Positions 1 through 10,733 of a DNA stretch of 64,000 bases are shown here, in pieces; position 1 is the stretch's first letter, and each line of letters opens with the position of its first letter. A program made the position numbers and the translations under genes. A model generated the notes under the pieces. That model was given only the letters and a program-made list of their open reading frames with translations. It was not told the origin of the DNA and searched no databases. Source of the stretch: Candidatus Roizmanbacteria bacterium (lineage in GTDB: Bacteria > Patescibacteriota > Microgenomatia > UBA1406 > GWC2-37-13). The stretch spans positions 40,999 to 104,998 of the forward strand of contig JAAXWC010000004.1 in assembly GCA_013335175.1 (NCBI GenBank), written 5' to 3'.

Positions 1-1
1 A

Positions 2-2197
2 AAAGAGTCAGAGTCAGTTATAGCTTATAGGGAGCAGTTGGAAGACAATGTAAAAATTTGTAATTCCGCGTTTCGCCAAATAAATATTTTTCTTCGTCCA
101 CAACCCCCTGAATCTTCTCCCATTAATAATGGTAGCTTTAGAATTGGCAAATCCATTACTGTTACTGAAAATAATTCACAACCGAGAGTTGAATATACCG
201 GTGAGGGTGGTTATTCATTTATCGTTACTCCTCATGAGCAGGTCTCATCAGAATATCCGGAAGGAAAACCACTGTCAGATTCAGCGGCTGAGCTGGTTAA
301 ATTTTCTTATAAAACGATGGAGACATCTCAAGCTATCGTACGGAAAATGATGGAAGACATAAAAGAGTGTTCGCCCAAACCAGCTATTTTTGACATCCTG
401 GAAAAAGGAGAAAAAGTATGCACTCTTGAATGGGGATATGTTCCTGATCCCGAAAATGAAGCAAAAAATAAGCTTGTCGTTGTGGTCCATGAGGGGCAAC
501 ATGATCTCGTGCTTACCAGTAGTCTTAATGATCGTCCTCATAATAGATATGGCTACAAAATGGGAGAAGAATTTAGTTTAGAATCAATTGGCAAAATTAG
601 TACACAAACCGAAGAAGCTGAAGAGGTAACACCTCATGATCTTTCACTATTACAGATGCTCGTAACGAAAACATTTGGGAATAATGATTCTATTCATGTT
701 AGTAAATTCCATTTTCGAGATGAATCCCTAGGCTCAACGTTCACTATGGATCAGCTACAAGCTATTTACGCAGAGGAGAGGATCGCATATGAAAAAGAAT
801 GCGAACAAAGACGACTTTTCCAAGAAGAGCAGGAACGTGTGCAAAAAGAAGCAGCTCAGCAACAATATCTCAAGGAGATTGAAGCAAAAGCAATACCTCC
901 AGATCATTTTACTACTGCTCAAAAAGATACATGGAATTATCTTATACAAAGTATTACCTCATTAAAAGCTCAAGGTAAAGGACAGATTTTATCCCTTGTT
1001 GCCTTATCTGGTACCGGAAAAACAGAAATTACAAAAGTTATGGAAGAAAGAGAGCTTTTTAAAGACGCTCAAGTAAGCTTTGTAGAAGCCGACCGTTTGT
1101 GGGGTGAAGAGGAGATAAAAAAATTAGAGTCGGGAACTAAATCAGGAGATATCGTTATTCTTACCGCTACACCCTACGAAATGGAAAAGAAGAATCTCAA
1201 TGGACGAAGTGAATTTTGGCAAAAACCCCATATCTTGAAGACAATGACAGCAGAGGAAGTAAAAACCTTTTTGGTAAGTGCGTATGGAAAGGAGCAATTT
1301 GGCAGTGTGCCCGTTGACGATCTCGTTGCCCACTCACTTGGGATTCCTTTTCTTGCAAAAATACTTGCAGATATGCCTCGTTTGACGCCCGAATCCATGC
1401 GGGGTGCAGTTGGAAAGTATATTTTACGTCGTGCATATATTTATCCGAGAGAAGATGCAGCCTCGAAATTGGAGCCCTATGTAAGTATTCCTATGGCGAG
1501 CGATATAACACAAGAAGATCGTTCCTCAACCAGTCTAAGCAGAAATGTATTGTACGATTCTGAAAATTTATATCTTATCAATGAAATTAGACAAAAGTTA
1601 ATGGAGCAAGGCTATGTTGCTCCTCCCGTTGAATTTATCGATCTCTCCTCGAAAGATATGTATGATGAAGCGTATAGCAGAAAGGAAGGAAGTTCTATAG
1701 AAGTTTTTGTGCCTGCTTTAACTGAAGAGAACTATGAGCTCATTAAAGAAGCCTTCGGTTTTGGCAAAAGACAAATTGAGGAACGTGGCAGTGTTATGTC
1801 GCCACTCGATTTTAGAATGCTACAATACGGAACTCGTGTAAAAATGTATGGCGACATAGTAAGAAAACTAGGTATCCTGTTACGGGATAAACAATATGGG
1901 ATAAGAACTGTACAAGCAGAAGTAGCTACGATCGAAGAAAACTACGAATCTTTGAAAGACATAGCAGAGCAGTATAATGGCTCGTTCAATGAAGAACTTC
2001 CGAGTGTTCTCATACACAAACATGAACATTACGGCATGACTCAACCTCTCGATGTAGGATACCTCACAGAAACCTTGCTTCAACAACTAGGAATACCCTA
2101 TACGGCAAAAAACGAATATGCGAATGCGTACTATTCATACGACCCCTCTCATCAAAAAATAATAATACATCGAGAAATATACCCAAGAAATAAATAA
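2..2197 (+). CDS. Large hypothetical protein with central P-loop-like motif, 5'-partial
   Basis: Frame has no stop from position 2 to 2197, so it likely starts before the window; ALSGTGKT Walker-A-like motif follows a coiled-coil stretch. Confidence 0.75.
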   Translation, partial: KESESVIAYREQLEDNVKICNSAFRQINIFLRPQPPESSPINNGSFRIGKSITVTENNSQPRVEYTGEGGYSFIVTPHEQVSSEYPEGKPLSDSAAELVKFSYKTMETSQAIVRKMMEDIKECSPKPAIFDILEKGEKVCTLEWGYVPDPENEAKNKLVVVVHEGQHDLVLTSSLNDRPHNRYGYKMGEEFSLESIGKISTQTEEAEEVTPHDLSLLQMLVTKTFGNNDSIHVSKFHFRDESLGSTFTMDQLQAIYAEERIAYEKECEQRRLFQEEQERVQKEAAQQQYLKEIEAKAIPPDHFTTAQKDTWNYLIQSITSLKAQGKGQILSLVALSGTGKTEITKVMEERELFKDAQVSFVEADRLWGEEEIKKLESGTKSGDIVILTATPYEMEKKNLNGRSEFWQKPHILKTMTAEEVKTFLVSAYGKEQFGSVPVDDLVAHSLGIPFLAKILADMPRLTPESMRGAVGKYILRRAYIYPREDAASKLEPYVSIPMASDITQEDRSSTSLSRNVLYDSENLYLINEIRQKLMEQGYVAPPVEFIDLSSKDMYDEAYSRKEGSSIEVFVPALTEENYELIKEAFGFGKRQIEERGSVMSPLDFRMLQYGTRVKMYGDIVRKLGILLRDKQYGIRTVQAEVATIEENYESLKDIAEQYNGSFNEELPSVLIHKHEHYGMTQPLDVGYLTETLLQQLGIPYTAKNEYANAYYSYDPSHQKIIIHREIYPRNK

Positions 2198-2243
2198 ATA
2201 CATACCCCACCTTTCAACAGGGGAGAAGGGGAGTGTGATGGTT

Positions 2244-3050
2244 TTACAAAATTGGAAATAATTCAGTCACTTGCTGAATAATGTCTGTGGAAAAAATACC
2301 AGAGGTAAAATGAGGGAAACGCTTTACTTGTAGATATGGATATTTTATATTTGTTATCTTTAAACGTTGAGCAATAATTTCAGATGCGTTTTGATTCCTT
2401 AAAGCTTCTACATCTTGAAGTTTTAATCTCTGTTCAATGTAGTTAGGATCATCATCAATGCATAAACACGTTTGAAATAATACCTGTGGAGTTTTTAAAT
2501 ATAAATTAAATCCGGAATCGCTTGTCTCACTATGAATTATTTTTTTCTCAAAATCTTGCAACCATACGGTTGATTCCACCGCTTTGTTGTAGTCATCAAT
2601 GGGATAATATATATTTCCCGTTTCAAGGACTCTTCCATCATCACGAAAATGAACATAGTTGTCTCTATATACAACTAAATCAAAATATTGATCAATTCCA
2701 TTATTTTTTATAAAATCACTCGTTAACTGGTCTCCAGAACTCCAAATAACAAGCGTATATCCTAGCTGTTTTAAAGATTTTAACGTTGATTCTGCTTGTG
2801 GGTTTAAGATTAATGTTTCTTCTCTTTTAAAAGGATTATTCATCAAAACACCGTTCACATCGATCACTATCACACGCGATTGAGCAAATGTAGCACGTAT
2901 TTCCTCTAATAGAGAAGGTTCGTAAATATACCTATCTCCTATATCTATTTTATCAGGTGTCTTGACCTTATCATGCAATGGGGTCGATTCAGGAGGTAAA
3001 TTATCTATATTTAAACTTTTTTCCATATTAACAACGCATAATTGTATCAT
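2244..3050 (-). CDS. HAD-superfamily-like hypothetical protein
   Basis: VIVIDVNGVL motif I variant, LVIWSSG motif II, CIDDD motif IV; start may be 3026. Confidence 0.6.
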   Translation of the reverse strand: MIQLCVVNMEKSLNIDNLPPESTPLHDKVKTPDKIDIGDRYIYEPSLLEEIRATFAQSRVIVIDVNGVLMNNPFKREETLILNPQAESTLKSLKQLGYTLVIWSSGDQLTSDFIKNNGIDQYFDLVVYRDNYVHFRDDGRVLETGNIYYPIDDYNKAVESTVWLQDFEKKIIHSETSDSGFNLYLKTPQVLFQTCLCIDDDPNYIEQRLKLQDVEALRNQNASEIIAQRLKITNIKYPYLQVKRFPHFTSGIFSTDIIQQVTELFPIL

Positions 3051-3119
3051 ATTATAGGTCTATTTTCAAAGGCAAAGTCAGAACGGGGGAGGGGAGAAGA
3101 GGGGAGAGGGACTTCCCTA

Positions 3120-4067
3120 CTACTTATTATATTTCTCAAGGACCTGAATCATGTCCGCCGGATTAAATATCCCGGGACGGATACGCGTTAAGTAGAATCG
3201 TGAATCTGCACCATGAATAGCGCCGGGGACTACCGAAACCGCCAATTTATACCCCGCCTCCTTTGCCAACTGCACCGCATTGTTATCATACGCCCCAAAT
3301 GGATAGGCAAACGTCTCCACTACAATCCCAAATCGCTCTTCAAACTTGGCTTTACTCTCTATAATCTGATGCCGTGCAGCCTCGTACTGCATATTTTTTA
3401 AATACGCATGATCAAATGTATGGCACCCTATCTCTACCAACCCTGAATTGATCAACTCCTGAATCTCTCGTTCCGTTAAAAAGCCCTTTCTATCAATATA
3501 ATTATAAATAACATATACCGTTGCCTTCACATGGTATTTTTTCAAAAGTGGAAATACAACCGTATAAAAATCTTCATATCCATCATCAAAGGTGAGAACC
3601 ATTCCTTTTGCAATAGGCTGTGTTTCCCCGGAAAGCATATCATTCATATCTTTCGCGAAATACATGGTGTACCCACCCTCAACCAAACGTTTCAGTTCCT
3701 GCTCAAATGTCTCTGGATTTACCGTTAAACCTCTGCGCACAACATCCTTCGGATCTCCATACGCCTCAACATAATGATACATAAGGATCGGCAATTTAAA
3801 CTTAATTTGAGATTCCGTTGAAGAAACCGGCGGAGTTATATCTATTGGCGGTAAAAAGACACTTCGGTCGTAATATTGATTATTTTCCATCCGAATTGAG
3901 CTCATTATCTTACCCTTTGGAAAAATGCTCAAATTTTGCCCTTTTTTGGGGCTTTTCTGGTGAAAATGGTATAGTACTAAGCTACACATTAAAACCAAAA
4001 TCAAAGAAACTAGAATACTAAGATGTATTCGAAGGTGTTTGTCTGTTTTTTCTATTTTTCTTCTCAT
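3120..4067 (-). CDS. Polysaccharide deacetylase (NodB/CE4) with N-terminal membrane anchor
   Basis: PILMYH, LTFDDGYED, IGCHTFDH and FAYPFG motifs. Confidence 0.9.
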   Translation of the reverse strand: MRRKIEKTDKHLRIHLSILVSLILVLMCSLVLYHFHQKSPKKGQNLSIFPKGKIMSSIRMENNQYYDRSVFLPPIDITPPVSSTESQIKFKLPILMYHYVEAYGDPKDVVRRGLTVNPETFEQELKRLVEGGYTMYFAKDMNDMLSGETQPIAKGMVLTFDDGYEDFYTVVFPLLKKYHVKATVYVIYNYIDRKGFLTEREIQELINSGLVEIGCHTFDHAYLKNMQYEAARHQIIESKAKFEERFGIVVETFAYPFGAYDNNAVQLAKEAGYKLAVSVVPGAIHGADSRFYLTRIRPGIFNPADMIQVLEKYNK

Positions 4068-5177
4068 ACAGATATCACTTCTCTCCTTGAGATGAAATGG
4101 CAGGGGAGCAATCTATAATCAGCTTATTATAGCAATCCGATAATGAAAAAACTAGGGAAAGCTAGCCAGGGAATACCAACGATATATAAAAATTAAATTC
4201 TGTGAAAATACGGCTAAAAAAAATAAAAACGAAATAAATACAGAAATAATTGTAATTCAAAATTGTAAAAAAATCACTCCCCTCTCTCGTGTTTCAGGCT
4301 AGACGTCGTAAAAGATACAATTTACGACGTCTTTCATCTTCGTTCCCCTGAGTACAAAAGCATCACTATTTTTCTTACAAGACCAGACCACCATCGGGGG
4401 AAGATTAGGATTCGAGAATAGTACCACCTGCTCCGTATCCTTCATATTTTTGTTAAATAAAAGAATAATATGTACCAAGTTTGACCACTTGTTTTCATAA
4501 TTCGTTTCACATAACCCCTCTCTTCACTCCTCACGAAGCACAGACTAAACTCATCTTAGACCATAATAAAAGCCCATTTGTAGTTTTTGAGGCTATAATT
4601 AGCAGTTATCCACACGAGCTGATGATACCCGTTGCCTCTCCTCTCGAGAAAAAGGCTGAACGAATATAAGAATTGTGTGAGGATTCGGTAAGGATTTCAG
4701 AATTCACGCATGAATACTGTCCTATAGTTTTTAATATGTTTTACGTGATTAAATAGTTACATACAACTATAGGATAGTATATATATTTACTCACGTCCGT
4801 GAATTATTTAATATATCCCAATAATTCACGTCCGTAATTTACATTACTCCCCTCTCCTCCACTATCCTCATGCTATTACTGCATTTTCTCGTGCGTATTT
4901 AGCCTCGAATTACTTATATATTTTCGTGTTATTTTACGATTATGTTCAATGAAAAAGTAAGTTCTTTAAAATCACCTCGATGAAGTCTCTGAAAACGATA
5001 CCCACTCCCCTCCTCTCTATATAGAAATAATTATTTAGATTGATACAGTAATCTAAACTTGATTATTTCGACATTCCATTCCTCGCAATGACAGTGACAG
5101 ACCTCATGCCCTTTTTCATACGGGGACTTCCTATCGGTCGCCCGACAAGCGGGAATGACGTTGAAAGCTCTTGGCAA
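4068..5177. other. 1.1-kb AT-rich non-coding region with one perfect DnaA box and several palindromes
   Basis: No credible ORF; TTATCCACA at 4606-4614; inverted repeat tactgtcctatagtt/aactataggatagta at ~4715-4779; repeated tcacgtccgt. Confidence 0.45.
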
Positions 5178-6002
5178 TCACCACCGTATCGAAAGCAGCA
5201 CAATCACCACCACGAAGCTCATAACAATAATATATTCACGAATCGTTTGCTTAAACAAACGTTGCTCCATCTGATGAAAAATAAGACCAGATATACAGTA
5301 ATAGGCAGCAGTAAGCACAAGCGCTAATACCGCTGCATTTAATGAGATAAATGAAAACATTATTGCAATTTCACTAATAATAAGAGCTGTATAACTTGCA
5401 TACAAAATAACTACACGGGTTATCTCATTGCGAGGTTTTACCGACCAGTACAGCTGCAAAACGAGCGGAAAAAAAATAATAAAAACGAGTACGGCGTTTA
5501 CCCAAAATACTTGCTTAAAAGACAAAATTACACTGGTGAGAATAAAAGAAATAAGCGCATGATAAAAATAATTCACAGAAAAGGCTGCTCGGTAGAGCTG
5601 AATGCTTTTTTCTACTCCCACATTAAAAATATTTGAAGTCAGCAAAATAGCGTATGCAGAAAAGCCGTAGACAAAAATAAGCGGAGCCCGATATCTCCAC
5701 AAGGGAGGAAACAGAAAAGAAAAGAAATAGAAGGACAACGTAAGCATAATAGGGATAACAAAGAGCATAAACCACTCCCCTTTTTCGATTCCTTCCAACA
5801 AAGACAAATACGTAAAAAGATAGGTAATCCCGATAAAAATAGGAACCAAAAACCATACCGAATACGAATCAAAGAATGTTGTTGCAACAAACATACTCCC
5901 CGAAAGAACCAACGCGCTAATAACAAATCGAAGCCGCTTTTCTATCTGTAAAAGCGTTTTTATAAGGGAACGATGCAGCTTTTTAGGAATAATATGCACC
6001 AT
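5178..6002 (-). CDS. Multi-pass membrane protein, CPR-type hypothetical
   Basis: About 8 hydrophobic segments; LLTSNIFNV...IQLYRAA motif. Confidence 0.8.
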   Translation of the reverse strand: MVHIIPKKLHRSLIKTLLQIEKRLRFVISALVLSGSMFVATTFFDSYSVWFLVPIFIGITYLFTYLSLLEGIEKGEWFMLFVIPIMLTLSFYFFSFLFPPLWRYRAPLIFVYGFSAYAILLTSNIFNVGVEKSIQLYRAAFSVNYFYHALISFILTSVILSFKQVFWVNAVLVFIIFFPLVLQLYWSVKPRNEITRVVILYASYTALIISEIAIMFSFISLNAAVLALVLTAAYYCISGLIFHQMEQRLFKQTIREYIIVMSFVVVIVLLSIRW

Positions 6003-6003
6003 A

Positions 6004-6726
6004 TTATGAAGTAATTAAGGCATTAGTAAATACATTTTGAACATCTTCCTGCTCTTCCAAAGCTTCAATTAAATTCGTAATCTGTTCACTTTGCTCAGGT
6101 GAAACCTCCACATATGCGTTTGGTTTAAACACAACTTCTGTGTTGGACACTTCTAACCCCTGTAACTCCGTCGTTAATTTCCCTACATCTTCAAAAGGGA
6201 CATATACTATAGTTTCTTCCTCTTCTTCCTCAATATCAATTGCCTTTAATCTGTCAGCAAAGTCTAAAACCGCATCCTCAGTATTTGTTGTTTTAGGAAA
6301 AATTACCATGCCACACTGTTCGAATAAATAGGAAACACTGCCCGGTCCTCCCATTTTACCCGAATGGCGTTCCACTACGTTGCGGATAGCCGCGAAAGAT
6401 CGATTTTGGTTATCCGTTGCAGCAAGAATAATAAGAGCACTTCCCCCGGGGCCAAATGCTTCGTATCGAATTTCCTTCAATGCCGCCGAATCTGAACCAG
6501 CTCCTTTTTCAATAGAACGGGTAATATTTTCCTTCGGCATGTTCGCCTGCCGCGCTTTTTCAACCGCTAATCGAAGTTTTACGTTGTGATCGGGATTGGT
6601 TACCCCGCCGCCTTCCACAACAGCTAAAGTGATATACCGGGCTAACTTGGCAAATACATTACTGCGTGCCTTATCATTGACCTCTTTTTTACGCTTAATA
6701 TTTGCCCATTTAGAATGACCAGACAT
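6004..6726 (-). CDS. yebC: YebC/PmpR family protein
   Basis: MSGHSKWANIKRKK N-terminus, NMPKENI, YEAFGPGG, DVQNVFTN; start moved to the ATG at 6726. Confidence 0.95.
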   Translation of the reverse strand: MSGHSKWANIKRKKEVNDKARSNVFAKLARYITLAVVEGGGVTNPDHNVKLRLAVEKARQANMPKENITRSIEKGAGSDSAALKEIRYEAFGPGGSALIILAATDNQNRSFAAIRNVVERHSGKMGGPGSVSYLFEQCGMVIFPKTTNTEDAVLDFADRLKAIDIEEEEEETIVYVPFEDVGKLTTELQGLEVSNTEVVFKPNAYVEVSPEQSEQITNLIEALEEQEDVQNVFTNALITS

Positions 6727-6801
6727 ATTCCCCATTATACTTGACAACGCAGGAAAATTAAATATACTTAAACCTATCACAATCCGTTATAATCAAATTT
6801 T

Positions 6802-7626
6802 ATGAATGATCTCGATATTCTAGAACAACAAGCTGTAGACGCTGCCATAAATCAGGAATGGGAGCAGGCTGTTGTTTACAATAAACAAATCCTTGACCTT
6901 GAGTCACAGAATGTTCCTGCTTTTTTACGGCTTGGGTTTGCTGAGTTGCAGCGCGAAAACATCTCTGCTGCAAAAGAATATTACACCGCAGTTTTGAAAC
7001 TACAGCCAAATAATCAGATGGCACTCGACAATTTAGAACGAATTGCAGTTCTATCTGAAAAAGGCGCAATAGTTCCCGTAAAGGAACGAACCAAACTTGA
7101 TCCTAATCTATTTTTAGAAATCACGGGAAAAACAAAAAGTGTCCCTGTTGTAAATATTGGTCAAAAAAATGTCCTTGCCCGACTTATTGTTGGACAGGAA
7201 ATAGAGCTCAAACTCAAGGCGCGAAAAGTAGAAGTTCGTACACGTCAGGATGAATATATTGGCGCGCTCCCTGACGACGTTTCTAAGAGACTTATCTTTT
7301 TTCTCAAGGCAAAGAGTACCTATCGAGCCTATATCAAAGAAGCAAATCTTTCCAAAGTAGTTATCTTTATTCAAGAAGAAAAGAAAGGGAAAAAAGTAGC
7401 TCACTATTCATCTTTTCCTGCGACCCAAATTCAAACTGCACCCAGCGGAGTTCATGGAGACTCCGATGAAGAACGTGCAGATGACGATGGCGAGGCAGAA
7501 AGTGATTCTGAAGATGATTTCCCCGAAGAAGATGAACTTTCTAAATTAGCCAGTGAAGATTTAGACGAAGAAGATAAAGAACTCCTGCAACTTCAACGAG
7601 AAGAAGAACCGGAAGAGGAAGAATAA
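6802..7626 (+). CDS. TPR-containing protein with acidic C-terminal tail
   Basis: TPR-like N-terminus (AFLRLGFAELQ...AKEYYTAVLKLQPNNQMA); D/E-rich tail. Confidence 0.8.
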   Translation: MNDLDILEQQAVDAAINQEWEQAVVYNKQILDLESQNVPAFLRLGFAELQRENISAAKEYYTAVLKLQPNNQMALDNLERIAVLSEKGAIVPVKERTKLDPNLFLEITGKTKSVPVVNIGQKNVLARLIVGQEIELKLKARKVEVRTRQDEYIGALPDDVSKRLIFFLKAKSTYRAYIKEANLSKVVIFIQEEKKGKKVAHYSSFPATQIQTAPSGVHGDSDEERADDDGEAESDSEDDFPEEDELSKLASEDLDEEDKELLQLQREEEPEEEE

Positions 7627-7784
7627 TGTCGTGGTTCCTTTCCTTTCAAAAACACAATTGTACCCCTTACTTTTTTTGCCGACAGCAATGATTGGATGTC
7701 TTTTGGTAGTTCAAAATCCTTCATAGATCGAACTGCGAGTACAAACGATAGTATAAAAATAAATAGTAAAATAATAAAAAACAT
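7593..7784 (-). CDS. Small single-pass membrane protein
   Basis: Hydrophobic N-terminus then SMKDF; last gene of the minus-strand run. Confidence 0.6.
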   Translation of the reverse strand: MFFIILLFIFILSFVLAVRSMKDFELPKDIQSLLSAKKVRGTIVFLKGKEPRHYSSSSGSSSR

Positions 7785-7786
7785 AA

Positions 7787-8614
7787 TTACTCCCATTCTT
7801 TTTCTTTATCTCCTAACTCAAATAGTATATCATAGATGTCTGTTTTTCCTGTTGTAAGGCGACAGTTAAAATATGAAGAGATCGCGGAGGCCGTCTGCGA
7901 AAACGGAGTAGACGATTCTCGAACTGTACAGGGCTCATGAACATCTGTTTCTGTCATATCTCCTACGCGAATACCACTGCCTTCCAGAATCGTATTGACT
8001 GTTTCTGCAGCTTGGTAGGATGTATAGAGAATCTGGACACTTTTATTTTCTAAACGATATCTATTTTGATAGAAAAACCCTTGAAATCGAGTAGCAAAAT
8101 CCCCTTCTGCAGAAAGCAGCCGAAAATCGTGGGAACTTTTTTTAGAAAAAACAGATAGCAGGTATATACGATCCGCAAGAGAAGCGTTGGATGGAAAAAA
8201 TAACAGGTTTACCCAGTTCAACATTGGCACCCGATCAGATGAAGTTTTGCCGTAAAATACCTCTGTACTCGGGCTATAAAAATAAAAATCGACAAACGAT
8301 CCGGTATGAAGGCCAAAAGCCCGTTTATAAATGTCAGGCTTGTGTTCAAGTGCGTTCAACTTTCCCAATGCTCCTACACGATACTCCTTGTACCCTCCCG
8401 GGACAAGAATTTTGAGATCGGGAGAATACGGAACTGCATAATCTATGCCATCCGACAGGCCTATGGAATAAAGGAATGGTTCTTTGCCATACAAAACAAC
8501 GGTAATTCTATCTTTTTTTGTAAAAAACAACGAATGAGAACTGTCTTTTATGAGCTTAAACCCGACATACACCAACACAAATCCACATACTATCCCTATC
8601 AGTATTTTTTTCAT
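7787..8614 (-). CDS. Membrane-anchored hypothetical protein, possible LytR C-terminal-like domain
   Basis: N-terminal TM helix; 4-bp overlap with upstream antiporter. Confidence 0.7.
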   Translation of the reverse strand: MKKILIGIVCGFVLVYVGFKLIKDSSHSLFFTKKDRITVVLYGKEPFLYSIGLSDGIDYAVPYSPDLKILVPGGYKEYRVGALGKLNALEHKPDIYKRAFGLHTGSFVDFYFYSPSTEVFYGKTSSDRVPMLNWVNLLFFPSNASLADRIYLLSVFSKKSSHDFRLLSAEGDFATRFQGFFYQNRYRLENKSVQILYTSYQAAETVNTILEGSGIRVGDMTETDVHEPCTVRESSTPFSQTASAISSYFNCRLTTGKTDIYDILFELGDKEKEWE

Positions 8615-10338
8615 AGCGCACCCTGTTCCAATTTAAAATGCCGCATCTGAGAGAGCATTTCCTCTTTCGTAAATCCTTTCATATACAGTATTTTTTTAAT
8701 AATGGAAACAGATGCTTCGAGCTCAGGCTGCACCACAATATGGGCACCTAAATCGCGTAACTGCTGTTGATGATCTTGCGTATGTACCCTACTAATGAGA
8801 ACAATACGGGGATTGAGCTGTTTTGCATTGAGTATGACAGACTCCTGAGAAATCCTCTCAGGAACGGCAGAAATAAGGGCTATTGCATGCTCTACACGCG
8901 CAAATGACAACACATCCATGTCGGTAGGATCGCCGTATAAAATTGTGATGCCCTGTCGTTTTGCTCGTTCTACCGTATGGAAGTTATAATCAATTGCAAT
9001 AAAGGGAACGTGAGCAAGTGTTAAAGCTCTTCCAATGAATGCCCCCACTCTTCCATACCCGCAAATAATAACATGCCCCGTCATCCCCTCCTCCTCGAAC
9101 GTAGTTTTTTCAAAATCCATTGAGTTTTTTATAAATAATTCAATAGACGGAACATATTTTTTCAAAACAGAACGCATGAAAAAATACATTACTTCCTTAT
9201 GGGAAATGAGAACCGGAGTTAAAATGAGACTCAATAAAACAGAAGAAATTACCATAGAGTATTGTTCTGAGGTAAATAGCTTGTTAGAGAAAGCTAAAGA
9301 TAATAAAATAAAGGCATTTTCACTCATCTGAAATAGAAAAATAGCGAGAGAAAAAGCAACCCGTGAACTAAACCGCATATACAGAAATATAATCAACAGA
9401 ACCAGAGCTTTTGTAAGCAAAATACAAAACGTAAAAAGGAGAATCTGGGGCAATAAATAGATTATACCGGCAACTTTAATCTGAGTTCCGATGTACGCGA
9501 AAAAAATTATTCCCAGCAAATCTCGAAGCGGACGCATTTGAGAAAAAATATGATAATGCTCGAGCGTCTGGGAAACCAAAATTCCTGCGATAAACATTCC
9601 CACCAAAATAGGAATTTTAAACTGCAAAGAAATAAATCCAATAAAAAAAATAAAGAGGATAATAAACAGATTGAGAAGCTCTCGTGAAACTCTCGCTACT
9701 TTGTTAAAAACATACGGGACTGTCTTACGCCCCAATAGATAAATAATACAGAGAATAATCGACGACTCACCGATACCAAGAATAATGTCTTTCGCAACAT
9801 CCCACGGATTTGAGTTGTTTCCATGGAGCGTACTGAAAATAATGATAAAAGGAATAAACGCTAAATCCTGGAACATAAGAATTCCAATAGCAAGCTCTCC
9901 CATAAAGGAAGATTCCTCTCCCCGCTCCTGAATAATCTTCGCCACTAAAGTAGTAGAAGAGGCAGAAAGAGCTACCCCAATAAGAAGAGCCTGTAGAAAC
10001 GAAAATCCGAACAAAATGCTTAATAAACTAATAAAAAATATCGAAAGCGCAATCTGAAGAAGTCCTCCAACGAGGATAAACTTTTTGAGAACGAACATTC
10101 GCTCTAAATTTGTTTCAAGTCCAATCGTAAACAGTAAAAGGATGATACCAAAGTAGGCAAAGTTTGTGATAATATCGGGAGCGATAAATCCCTCAAATAA
10201 GTTGCCAAAAAGAAGCCCTCCCACCATGTATCCAATAATGGGCGGAAATTTCAATCGTTTAAAAAAGTAACCTCCGAGAAATGGAATTAATAGATAGAGG
10301 AAAAAGCTAAAGAACAAAGAGGGTGGTAAATCCTTCAT
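8611..10338 (-). CDS. CPA2/Kef-type cation:proton antiporter with TrkA-N domain
   Basis: LLLFTIGLE, SASSTTLVAK, FQD; C-terminal HVIICGYGRVG Rossmann motif. Confidence 0.92.
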   Translation of the reverse strand: MKDLPPSLFFSFFLYLLIPFLGGYFFKRLKFPPIIGYMVGGLLFGNLFEGFIAPDIITNFAYFGIILLLFTIGLETNLERMFVLKKFILVGGLLQIALSIFFISLLSILFGFSFLQALLIGVALSASSTTLVAKIIQERGEESSFMGELAIGILMFQDLAFIPFIIIFSTLHGNNSNPWDVAKDIILGIGESSIILCIIYLLGRKTVPYVFNKVARVSRELLNLFIILFIFFIGFISLQFKIPILVGMFIAGILVSQTLEHYHIFSQMRPLRDLLGIIFFAYIGTQIKVAGIIYLLPQILLFTFCILLTKALVLLIIFLYMRFSSRVAFSLAIFLFQMSENAFILLSLAFSNKLFTSEQYSMVISSVLLSLILTPVLISHKEVMYFFMRSVLKKYVPSIELFIKNSMDFEKTTFEEEGMTGHVIICGYGRVGAFIGRALTLAHVPFIAIDYNFHTVERAKRQGITILYGDPTDMDVLSFARVEHAIALISAVPERISQESVILNAKQLNPRIVLISRVHTQDHQQQLRDLGAHIVVQPELEASVSIIKKILYMKGFTKEEMLSQMRHFKLEQGAL

Positions 10339-10370
10339 ATGCTATACACTATAACACAATTCTACCCTCC

Positions 10371-10733
10371 TCATGTATGCAGCTTATTTTCGCAATCTAC
10401 ACAGTAGCGAGACTCGGGAATAAGAGCCAAGCGAGCAGCCGGAATTTGCTTATTACATTTTTCACAATACCCATATCGACCTTTTGTAATCTTAAGCATC
10501 GCCATATCGATATCCTGAATACGTTTTTGCAAATCTTTAATTTGAGCTTCAATAGTTTGATGCGAAAGTTGTTCACGTACATCGGTATCTACCGCTGCGT
10601 TATCGTAGGCATAATCCGGATTAAGAAACGGATCCCCTTTTTGTAATTCAGCTATTTGTTTCAGAAGGTCCTTCTTCTCGTCCTGTAATTTTTTTTCCTG
10701 TTGTTTTGCCAGATCGGAAACTGCGAGTACCAT
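10371..10733 (-). CDS. TraR/DksA C4-type zinc-finger protein
   Basis: YGYCEKC...IPAARL...YCVDC after a coiled coil. Confidence 0.9.
   Translation of the reverse strand: MVLAVSDLAKQQEKKLQDEKKDLLKQIAELQKGDPFLNPDYAYDNAAVDTDVREQLSHQTIEAQIKDLQKRIQDIDMAMLKITKGRYGYCEKCNKQIPAARLALIPESRYCVDCENKLHT

Noticed and set aside
4923..4950. dif site
   Set aside because: TTATGTTCAAT resembles the XerD arm, but the left arm lacks the expected TAA and symmetry
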